DNA from: Octopus bimaculoides
Lineage: Eukaryota
Direction: 5' to 3'
Assembly: GCF_001194135.2 (NCBI RefSeq)
Contig: NC_068987.1
Location: 30,791,068-30,855,067, forward strand
DNA length: 64,000 bases
Below the pieces are notes generated by a model, which saw nothing but the letters and a program-made list of their open reading frames with translations, was not told where the DNA came from and did no database searches. This document shows positions 45,301-57,500 of the stretch, piece after piece (within the stretch, counting starts at the first letter, position 1; the number at the start of each line of letters is the position of its first letter). A program made the translations under genes and the position numbers.

Positions 45301-48300
45301 TGGAAAAAATTTATGGGGGGGGGGGNNNNNNNNNNNNNNNNNNNNNNNNNNNNNNNNNNNNNNNNNNNNNNNNNNNNNNNNNNNNNNNNNNNNNNNNNNN
45401 NNNNNNNNNNNNNNNNNNNNNNNNNNNNNNNNNNNNNNNNNNNNNNNNNNNNNNNNNNNNNNNNNNNNNNNNNNNNNNNNNNNNNNNNNNNNNNNNNNNN
45501 NNNNNNNNNNNNNNNNNNNNNNNNNNNNNNNNNNNNNNNNNNNNNNNNNNNNNNNNNNNNNNNNNNNNNNNNNNNNNNNNNNNNNNNNNNNNNNNNNNNN
45601 NNNNNNNNNNNNNNNNNNNNNNNNNNNNNNNNNNNNNNNNNNNNNNNNNNNNNNNNNNNNNNNNNNNNNNNNNNNNNNNNNNNNNNNNNNNNNNNNNNNN
45701 NNNNNNNNNNNNNNNNNNNNNNNNNNNNNNNNNNNNNNNNNNNNNNNNNNNNNNNNNNNNNNNNNNNNNNNNNNNNNNNNNNNNNNNNNNNNNNNNNNNN
45801 NNNNNNNNNNNNNNNNNNNNNNNNNNNNNNNNNNNNNNNNNNNNNNNNNNNNNNNNNNNNNNNNNNNNNNNNNNNNNNNNNNNNNNNNNNNNNNNNNNNN
45901 NNNNNNNNNNNNNNNNNNNNNNNNNNNNNNNNNNNNNNNNNNNNNNNNNNNNNNNNNNNNNNNNNNNNNNNNNNNNNNNNNNNNNNNNNNNNNNNNNNNN
46001 NNNNNNNNNGAGGGTAAGGTGAAAAAAAAAATTAAATTTCCAAAATTTCTTTTCATAGAGCGATGCTCCCCATTATTGCGAAGACCATGGTACAAAAAGG
46101 GAAATTCCCCGTCAAAACAGAAATTCCAACTTATTTGGGCATCCTGATCTGAAACTGCCCAATATTCTTAAAGAAAATAAATACTATATATTCTTTTCTA
46201 CTCTAGGCACAAGGCCCGACATTTTTGGGGAGGGAGCCAGTCAATTAGATGGACCCCAGTATGCAACTAGTACTTAATTTATCAACCCTGAAAGGATGAA
46301 AGGTAAAGTCGACCTTTACTGAATTTGAACTCAGAACAAAGACAGACAAAATACTGCAAAACATTTTGCCTGGTGTGCTAACGTTTCTGCCAGCTTGCTG
46401 CTTTGGTAAATAAATACTGTATATTGATTGCAATGTACAAATAATGAAGGTCATTTTTTTATGTTTTACAATATTACTTTACTGTCATATGCAAATTACT
46501 TAGTGTTGTTTTTATTCATTAAAGTTTGTGGAATTAGGTCAACTATCATAAACACATACACATACGCAAGCACGCACGTCCATTTCATATATCTTCTTTC
46601 AATTTCTGCTTTCTGCAAATAAAATTTTTACAGATACAACTGCTTACGAAAATAGGGATTAATGTATAATTTCTTTCTATGTTCATAATTATATCAATGT
46701 TTTAATGATTAGACAGAGGTCCAATAGAATAGCTCTCAGAAACAGACTACATACAAATTCGTTCTTCACAACTCCTGAAGCTGTTTTCTGACAAGGAGTG
46801 GAGGTGGAGTCAGGAAATTTTCAAACAGCTGGAGGCTCCATTCAAAACAGGGGACCCAAAATGATAAGGTTGAGAAACGCTATAATAGATTATGCCTAAC
46901 CAAAAACAATCACAGCCACATCATCCAAGCAGACCAGGTGAAACCGGGCTTAGCTGCTAGTATATATATATATATATGTGAGGGGGTGATGAAAAGTTCC
47001 TGGTTTTAAGGATATCATGAAAGGCTTGGTTGGAGGCCCAACCTTCCGACTTCTTTTACAGGGCTTTGAAAAACTGAAGGACTGCGACAATAAGTGAGTG
47101 AATCTGAGTGGGGAATTAACTGATCCTGCTGTATTTTCTTTTACCCAAAGCCAGGAACTTTCAGCCTCCCCTGTATGTATGTGCGTACGTGCATACACAC
47201 ACACATATATATTATTCTTATACAAGAATGATATTGATATTGACTTCAAAGCTTCAGCCAGCTAAGCTAGCATCCGAAAATGGGTTAACTGGGTGAATCT
47301 TTGAAGTCACTGTCAACAACATTCTTTTATAAGGATAATAAATTTGTACTGTATAAAAGTATAGAGTAACCCATGAGACTAATGTAAACTTGTTTTTATT
47401 ATAACCGAACATAGACACACACACACACATGGAGGTGATGTGTAGGTATTATATATTAGAAAAAATAATAAGGTATTCAGAGATCCAGATAGTTGTACAT
47501 TTATAGATTTTTATTAATATGTCACATGTTTTTATAAATCATATATTAGCGCTTGCATCTGTTCTAATAGATTCTTCAAATTTAATTTTTTTTGTAGGGA
47601 ATTGTCACTTTTTATAGTATTATTGAGTGTGNNNNNNNNNNNNNNNNNNNNNNNNNNNNNNNNNNNNNNNNNNNNNNNNNNNNNNNNNNNNNNNNNNNNN
47701 NNNNNNNNNNNNNNNNNNNNNNNNNNNNNNNNNNNNNNNNNNNNNNNNGGGGGGGGGGGGAGAAAAAAGTAATGTGGGGTGTACAGGATAGTAAAAGTTT
47801 TGGCTGACTGTCATCCTGTACTCCCCTTGTTGTTAGCAAAATGGTATAAGCCAGCAGTGTGAGCAATTGGTTGTTTTAATGGTGGAACAAACAGGGGAAT
47901 TCCATTAGTAAAAAGTTTTAATCGATTTTCTCGGTAAGTATGGGGGCTAGGGAAAAATACAAGCCACATTCCAATCTATGTACCCTTCTCCACATGTGTG
48001 CCATTTTTCACGCAAATCCACTCAGCCGTTTGGCTGTGAACCTCAAGACAAGAAAGAATACAACGATCGCCCATGTCCAATTTATATTATAGATATATAT
48101 ACACACACAAAACTGACCTTGCTTGTGCTTGTGCCTCGTAAAAAGCACTCAGTTCACTCTGCTGGATGGTTGGAGTTAGGAAGGGCATCCAGTCACAAAA
48201 ACCCTGCCAAAACAGAGTCTGGTGCAAGCTCCTGTCAAGCCGTCCAACCCCATGCCAGCATGGAAGGCAAACATTAAACAAAGATGATGATATACATACA

Positions 48301-51300
48301 CACACACAATGGGCTTCTTTCAGTTTCTGTCTACCAAACTCACGAGATTTTAGTCAGCCCAGGATTACAGTAGAAGATACTTGCCCAAAGTACCACATTG
48401 TAAAGCTTACAACACAGTCATTTATGCACCTTTCATATCAATGCCATCAAAAGTACCTGGCTATCAAAACATCACTAAAAAATAGCAAACTATAAACTTT
48501 GAATTTCTAGATTTACAAAAAAAAAACATTATATGTGAAAAATCTATTCAATCTTTTTGTCTATTTTTAGTGGTCGATTGAAGATAAACCTGTGAAAGTA
48601 GATAAATGGGATGGTACAGCTTTAAAGAATTCTCTGGATGATGCTGCAAAAAAGGTATGTTTTGTGTGCTGCTCTTCTTATTTTATCTGTTTTTTAAAAA
48701 AATTTCTGTGCTGGTGGCACGTAAAAAGCACCCTTCAAATGTTGGGCCTCACACAGGCAATGATAAGTGACGGAAATCTTTGGTGATGTGCCGTGTTTGA
48801 GAAGACCCGTCAAACCAAGTGAAATTGTAGTTGTGGCTGATGCTGATGTCACGTAACTGGCACCCACGCCAGTGGCATGTAAAAAGCACCCATTACACTC
48901 TTTGGAGTGGTTGGCATGAGGAAGGGCATCCAGCCATAGGAACCATGCCAAATCAAATTGGAACCTGGTGCAGCCTTCCAGCTTACCAGTTTCAGTCAAA
49001 CTGTCATTTAGCAGATGCTAAATGATGATGAGTTAGTGGAGGAAATGCTGTGTCCATGACTTGTGTCAGTGGTAGAAAGTTACCCCTGAATAAGAGGCCA
49101 GACCCCTATGACTACACTGGAGTGAATTTCTTAATAGGTATTCAAGGGTGACATTGGAATATTAACCCTTTTGTATTCTGATTCTATCAAATGCAATGCT
49201 TACTCATTCACATTATTTTAAATTAATCATGCATTATCTCAAAGCTTCAAGATTACACTGATGTGATTATTTTTAGAATAACATTGTAGGGTAGGTGGTA
49301 GAATATTTGTGCCGAACATGGCAGGTTCAAATGTGAAAAAGGATTAAACTGGGCTATGGATTAAGTCCACCGCATGAAAATTTTTACAGTTTATTGGATG
49401 GGCTTCCACACAGTTTCCATTTACAAAATTTTATTTGTAAAGCTTTGGTCAACCCAAGCTTATCATTTGCTCAAATTGCTCTGCAATGAGATTGAACCTG
49501 GATCTACATGGTTGATCATCCCACTACCCACTACTTTTTGACTTATTCCTCTTCCAGTGCTGCTCCTATATCTCTAATTGTATCCCTCTCCATGCTGCTA
49601 TTTCCCTTCAACTGCACCTTAACCCTTGTTTATTACTCACTATATTCACCTCTACTCCCATCTTGAACCATCCGTTACCCTCTCCTCACCCTCTTATGGA
49701 AATATCCTCCCTCTCATCCCCTCACATGACCCACTGTCTGTTCTCACTTACGCTCACCCTTATGTACCTTGAATGTTGACTTTAGCACACCACTACTTTA
49801 TCTCCTTTAACCATGTTTCTCCTCTACAGCAAGGCACCTATGCTTGTCCCTTCATCATACTTTAGTCTTTCAACACTAGGCATAATGTTACCTACCTCCA
49901 CCTTCCCTTCTCAAATACTCCTGTTTTTTAGTAGTGGGAGTTTTTTTCTTTTTCCCTGTTATTTTTCTGTCTTGAAAGTTTAAACGGCAACCTCACTAGT
50001 TCTGGTAGCATGAAAAAAGCACCTAGTACACTCTGTAAAGTGGTTGGCATTTAGGAAGGGCATTGAGCTATAGAAACCACGCCAAAGCCGATACTGAAGC
50101 TTGACATGGTTTTGCAGCTTGCTGGATCTTGTAAAACCGTCCAACTCATGCCCGCATGGAAAATGGACAATAATTGACGATGGTGAAAACAGCTATACCT
50201 GCTTGCCTTTCATACTTTGAAGAACTTGAAGTAACAACAAAGGAAAAAATGCTTACAAAAATAGGAATGGTAACTTAGAGGCCACATTGTTTAATCATTT
50301 TTTGTTTAAGAGTGTTGTAGTTCATTTGAAGCATTGTAGTGCAGGAGTAAGTGTTTAACAATGCAGAAAATTTTACAAAAAACTTTTATAGTCTTATACT
50401 TCAGGTGCAAAGACCTATCGTTAGAAGGAAGCAGTCCAAGTAATGTGTATAACAAAATTGATTTCATTTTATCTTATTTTATCTTAAATTGCAGTTTAAA
50501 ATATAAAATCGATGTAAATACACATTTCTTGAACTACTTCCTTTGTAACTAAGATATAAAGGGTTTCTTTTTTGTAAAACTTTCTACATTAGCTTTTATT
50601 TTCCTTTTTTTTTTTCATTTTCTATTTCTTGTTTATTAATTTTAAAATGTTTTAGGAAAATTATATCACCTTTTGCAAGTCTCTATCATAATCATGTGAA
50701 ACATACACTCTTTTACCTGTTTCAGTCATTTGACTGCAGCCATGCTGGAGCACCGCCTTTAGTTGAGCAAATCGACCCCAGGACTTAGTCATTGTAAGCC
50801 TCGTACTTATTCTATCGGACTCTTTTGCCGAACCGCTAAGTTACGGAGACGTAAACACACCAGCATCAGTTGTCAAGCGATGTTGGTGGGGACAAACACA
50901 GACACCCAAACACGCACATATATATATATATACATATACATATATACGACGGGCTTCTTTCAGTTTCCGTCTACCAAATCCACTCACAAGGCTTTGGTCG
51001 CCCTGAAGCTATAGTAGAAGACACTTGCCCAAGGTGCCACGCAGTGGGAATGAACCCGGAACCATGTGGTTGGTAAGCAAGCCACTTACCACACAGCCAC
51101 AGAAATTTTGAAAATTACAATAATACTAATTTATAAATAAAATATAACTTTTTAAAGGTATTGTATTGCTACTTTTGTGTATCTTTCTTCATTTTCAGCA
51201 TGTCTGATGTGTATTCATAAATACATAGTCATTTTTGTTTCTTTTCTTTTTTTTTTTCTTATTATTCTAGGTTCTTGTTGAGAAAATGGGATTTGTTGAA

Positions 51301-54300
51301 AGCCACAAGTTGATGGATGGACGTCTAGCTATCTGTACAGTTGCAGTCGGATTTGCAATGTTTGCACTCATTTGGGATTATTTGAAACCCTTCCCTAACT
51401 CTCGGCCAGTTCTCATTGTCTGTGTTCTATCGTATCCTTTACTACAAAGTGGTCTTTATCTCCACACTTACACGTAAATGCAGTGACAAACAGACATGCA
51501 CACATATGTAGAGGAACATGTGGAAGGGATAGTCTTAGAAAGATGTGGGATGAAGTGGTGGGAAAAGATCTATGAATTTTGGGTCTCACAGAGAAGATGA
51601 CAGGGGGCTGAGACTCCTGGCGGTTTACTGTGCTTGGAAAGAATGACCAAGCTAAGTAAAAGTCTGGTTACCCTTGTGTCCAGGTTCGTCCTTTGCAATT
51701 CTCTCCAGTTGAGTATCCCTAATCTTGCGAGCTTGTAAGTGCTGGTGCCACATAAAATGCACCCATGCTGGTGCTGTGTAAAAGCATCCAGTACACTCTG
51801 TAAAATGGTTGGTGTTAGGAAGGGCATCCAGCCGTAGAAACCATGCCGAAACAGACATGGAGCCTGGACAGCCCTTCAGTTGGTCAGCATCTGTCAAACT
51901 ATCCAACACATGCCAGCATGGAAAAATGGACATTAACCGATGATGGTGATATATACATATATATATAACGTGAGAGAGTTAGGGGTTGGAGGTACAACCC
52001 ACTAAGGGATAGTATCTATCCAGTATACTGCTGGGAGGGTACCCAATTATTGCTACACTAGTGCTATATACTAGGTGCAATCAATGGGAGCGGGTAAAAG
52101 TGGAGGTTTTACCCAAAATTTGTGTAGCAATTAGAAAATGGAGGATAATATGCTGAACCCAACTACTTGCAGACGGTGTATCCCGTTGAATTCATTAATT
52201 TAATTCATAGCAAAAGTGACAAAAGAGAGGAAGAAAAGAAAAAGAAAAAAAGAACCAAAGCACAGGTGTCCCTGGCAGACTATGTTATTTTGCCAACATG
52301 GTTTACATATAGAAGTACAAAGTACATAAGGAATNNNNNNNNNNNNNNNNNNNNNNNNNNNNNNNNNNNNNNNNNNNNNNNNNNNNNNNNNNNNNNNNNN
52401 NNNNNNNNNNNNNNNNNNNNNNNNNNNNNNNNNNNNNNNNNNNNNNNNNNNNNNNNNNNNNNNNNNNNNNNNNNNNNNNNNNNNNNNNNNNNNNNNNNNN
52501 NNNNNNNNNNNNNNNNNNNNNNNNNNNNNNNNNNNNNNNNNNNNNNNNNNNNNNNNNNNNNNNNNNNNNNNNNNNNNNNNNNNNNNNNNNNNNNNNNNNN
52601 NNNNNNNNNNNNNNNNNNNNNNNNNNNNNNNNNNNNNNNNNNNNNNNNNNNNNNNNNNNNNNNNNNNNNNNNNNNNNNNNNNNNNNNNNNNNNNNNNNNN
52701 NNNNNNNNNNNNNNNNNNNNNNNNNNNNNNNNNNNNNNNNNNNNNNNNNNNNNNNNNNNNNNNNGTAAATATGGAGGGTGGGGTAACACATCCCAGCCGA
52801 GCTGCAGCAATTTTTGTCTGGTTCCCAAATAAACATGCGGTCTTGCATTATCATGTTGGAAAACAACACCCTTCCAGTTAGCCAATTCTGGACGTTTCTC
52901 TTCAATTGCTGCTTTTAACTCGTCCAGTTGTGTGCAGTATTTTTCAGAATTAATTGTCTGGTTACTTGGGAGAAGCTCATAGTACAGAATTCTTTTCCAA
53001 TCCCACCAGACACAAAGCAAGACTTTTTTAGAGTGAAGACCTACTTTTGGGGTGGCTCATGTCGCTTACTCCAGGATCTCTTTCTCTGAACATTTCGGTA
53101 GATAATCCATTTCTCATCACCTGTCACAATTTGCTTTGAAAAAGACATTTTCATTCCGTTTATAAAGCGAATCACAGATAGAAATGCGATCCAAAAGGTT
53201 CTTCTCACTCAACTCATGTGGTACCCAAACATCGTAGCAATTTGTGTATCCAAGCTTTACCAGATGCTCATGAACGATGGATTTTGATAGGTTGAGGCTT
53301 TCTGCCAATTCTCGGGTTGTGCAATGTGGGTTATTCTCAATTAATGACTTGATTAAGTCATCGTCTGTAGTGGATGGTCTGCCTGATCACTTTTTATCAA
53401 TAAGGCTACAATCTCCAGCTCGGACCCTTGTGAACCACTTCCGTACAGTTTTTTCAGATAAAGAAACATCACCGTAAACTGCACATATTTCTTTGGCTGC
53501 TTGTGAGGCATTTTTTCCTTTATGGAAAAAGAAAAGCATCAAATGGCGGAAATGAACTTTCTTATCTTCCATTTTAAAAGGTTACAGAATTAACACAGGT
53601 TGTAGGAACATAAACCTTCCACGAAAAGATAGCTTAAACTGTGCTCTGAATGGAGGTGTAGTCAAATCCTATTTTATGAACTCAACCATGTTCTAAAATA
53701 AGTCGAAAGGTAAGCCACTATAAATTGGTACGCACTTTCCAGACAACCAAATATATATATATGACCGAGACCTTTGGAAATGTGCTGTGCGTGAGAAGAC
53801 CCGGCAAGCCAAGTAAGATCGTTGCCAGTGCCCCTGGACTGGCTCTTGTGCGGGTGGCACATGAGATGCACCATTTTGAGCGTGGCCGTTGCCAGTACCG
53901 CCTGACTGGCTCCCGTAGGATTTTCGAGTGAGATCGTTGCCAGTGCCCCTGGACTGGCTTGTGCGGGTGGCACATAAAAGACACCATTTCGAGCGTGGCC
54001 GTTTTCGTGCGGGTGACACGTAAAAGCACCCACTACACTCTCTGAGTGGTTGGCGTTAAGAAGGGCATCCAGCTGTAGAAACTCTGCCAAATTAGATTGG
54101 AGCCTGGTGTTGCCATCCGGTTTCACCAGTCCTCAGTCAAATCGTCCAACCCATGCTAGCATGGAAAGCGGACGTTAAACGATGATGATGATGATATATA
54201 AACAATTGCAGCGTGGAAGGTGTTTATAAGCCATTTAAAATAACACACAAAAGCCGTCAGATTCACTTCAACATTTAAATTTAATTTGTCAAAATATTTT

Positions 54301-54501
54301 CGTCGCTTTGAGATCGCGACCTGATCACTGACAAAATTGTGCAGCACAATTTTGTCAGTGATCAGGTCGCGATCTCAAAGCGACGAAAAGTCAAAAAAAT
54401 ATTTGGCTTCAATATAAAGCATATTACTCTACCTTCAGTATTCGAGTACTATCATTTTTCACCTAGTTTTGCATTTATGTGCTTACTTGTGTGTGTATTT
54501 T

Positions 54502-54532
<31 letters not shown>

Positions 54533-57500
54533 GAAGAAAATTGAGAGTCAATGGTTAATAACTAATTTATTAACAAATTGATAAATCATTCCTACAATTG
54601 TTTCAATTCATACTCAACTACCAGTAATACCTGTCATTGATCAGGTAATTACTTTTACTGTTTCTTGGGCTGAGAAGCTAGAAAAACGGGTGTAGCATAT
54701 AGAAGAATAGCCTTACAGAATCCAGTTCACTGTGATGGCACTGGAAAGGCTGCAGGTCAAGTGGAACATCATTTAGTAGACATTTTTTTGATTAGGAATA
54801 TCAGTAAGTAAATAGTCAAATAAAATTACAAATGCTGTGTCGGTGCACAATTAGTGTTGTACTATTGCATAATTTTTGTTAGAACAAATTAGGCAATAGC
54901 ATAATAGGAGATACAGAAAAAGATAGCACATCATGCATTTGTTTGGTGTTTGTTTTTTGACAGTCTATTTTTAGTAGACATTTTTTTGATTAGGAATATC
55001 AGTAAGTAATAGTGAAATGAAATTATAAATGCTGTGTCCTGTCAGTGTTAGTGCTGAAACTTCAATGCTATATTACGAGAATGGAAGGCAAGGCAACATC
55101 ATCATCATCATCATCGTTTAACGTCCGCTTTCCATGCTAGCATGGGTTGGACGATTTGACTGAGGACTGGTGAAACTGGATGGCAACACCAGGCTCCAGT
55201 CTGATTTGGCAGAGTTTCTACAGCTGGATGCCCTTCCTAACGCCAACCACTCAGAGAGTGTAGTGGGTGCTTTTACGTGTCACCCGCACGAAAACGGCCA
55301 CGCTCGAAATGGTGTCTTTTATGTGCCACCCGCACAAGCCAGTCCAGGGGCACTGGCAACGATCTCGCTCGAAAATCCTACAGGAGCCAGTCAGGCGGTA
55401 CTGGCAACGGCCACGCTCAAAATGGTGCATCTCATGTGCNNNNNNNNNNNNNNNNNNNNNNNNNNNNNNNNNNNNNNNNNNNNNNNNNNNNNNNNNNNNN
55501 NNNNNNNNNNNNNNNNNNNNNNNNNNNNNNNNNNNNNNNNNNNNNNNNNNNNNNNNNNNNNNNNNNNNNNNNNNNNNNNNNNNNNNNNNNNNNNNNNNNN
55601 NNNNNNNNNNNNNNNNNNNNNNNNNNNNNNNNNNNNNNNNNNNNNNNNNNNNNNNNNNNNNNNNNNNNNNNNNNNNNNNNNNNNNNNNNNNNNNNNNNNN
55701 NNNNNNNNNNNNNNNNNNNNNNNNNNNNNNNNNNNNNNNNNNNNNNNNNNNNNNNNNNNNNNNNNNNNNNNNNNNNNNNNNNNNNNNNNNNNNNNNNNNN
55801 NNNNNNNNNNNNNNNNNNNNNNNNNNNNNNNNNNNNNNNNNNNNNNNNNNNNNNNNNNNNNNNNNNNNNNNNNNNNNNNNNNNNNNNNNNNNNNNNNNNN
55901 NNNNNNNNNNNNNNNNNNNNNNNNNNNNNNNNNNNNNNNNNNNNNNNNNNNNNNNNNNNNNNNNNNNNNNNNNNNNNNNNNNNNNNNNNNNNNNNNNNNN
56001 NNNNNNNNNNNNNNNNNNNNNNNNNNNNNNNNNNNNNNNNNNNCACTACTAACTTGGTCGCCCAGATAGCGGAAGCTATCGACTACCTCTAGTTTTTCAC
56101 CCTGGAATGAGATAGAAGTTGTTTCCTGTTTGTTTGCAGTCTTTATTGCACCTGAACATCTGCCACAAACAAAAACTAACTTGCTAGTTAACCTGCCTTT
56201 GATGTTGCTGCACCTCTTATGTGTCTATAGCTTGCACCGGGTACATCTTATAGAGTTACTACCTACTCCTTTTCTACATACTGAGCAGGGCCATCTACCT
56301 GAAGGGGTTTGTGTTTTATCTACCTTCCTACTTATTAGGATTTTGGTTTTAGCTAGGTTGACTCTAAGGCCCTTCAATTCTAGACCTTGCTTCCACACCT
56401 GAAACTTCTCCTCTAGTTTGTAATAAATAGTCCAATGAAATTACAAATGCTGTGTCCTGTCAGTGAGATTTAGGTTTACTTGTCCTGTATGTGTGTATTA
56501 TATACGAGAAAAACCTGTAATAATTGAAATAGAAAAAAGATGGATTTCATATACGAACTTCTGTTTGTTCTTCAAGTTGCAATCCAGTAACTTTTAGTGT
56601 TTGGCCCTGTCTTTTAGTAATGTTCATGGCAAAAGAAAGTGGGATAGGAAACTGTAAGGGCTTAAATTTGAATAGAACATTAGATGATATAATTGGTATG
56701 CAAGGGATGAAGACAGTGTCACGTTTACCACAACCAGTGAGAATATTTGCTTCAATGCAGTTCACCATAGGTTTGTGCACAGTTAGTGTTGCCTCCCTTG
56801 AACCATTTATTTTCATTTTATGGGACGTGTACCACAAATAGTGAGAATATTTGTGAACAATTAGTGTTGCTTCCTTTGAACCATTTACTTTCACTTTGTG
56901 GGGCAAACAAACTGACAGAATCTCTCTTTCATATATGTAGATTAATAAATTACAAATTTATGTAATAAATTTGAGTTTATAAGTTGTGAGCAAAATATCA
57001 TCAGGGAAATATTAAACATTAAAGAATTACATGATGAACAATTTGTTCTTTCCAGCAGAGTAAATATATGAAATTATATGTATTTCTTAGTGTATGTATG
57101 GTAAGTAGCTTGCTATAGGTGTAGGAATGGCTATATGTTAAGTAGCTTGCTTACGAAACACAAGGTTCCATGTTCAGTCCCACTGCGTGGCACCTTGGGC
57201 AAGTGTCTTCTACTATAGCCTCAAGCCGACCAAAGCCTTGTGAGTGGATTTGGTAAGCAGAAACTGAAAGAAGCCCGTCGTATATATGTATATATATATA
57301 TGTGTTTGTGTGTCTGTGTTTGTCCCCCCCAACATCGCTTGACAACCGATGCTGATGTGTTTATGTTCCCATAACTAAGCAGTTTGGCAAAAAAGACCAA
57401 TAGAATAAGTACTAGACTTACAGAGAATAAGTCCTAGGGTCGATTTGCTCAACTATAGGTGGTGCTCCAGCTTACATACATGAACACAAATTCAAATCTG

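Noticed and set aside
53820-54010. Regularly spaced approx. 60-70-nt repeats resembling a CRISPR-like array
   Set aside because: Units and intervening sequence are both repeated (no unique spacers), the context is eukaryotic, and they are the internal repeats of the RTE 3' UTR.
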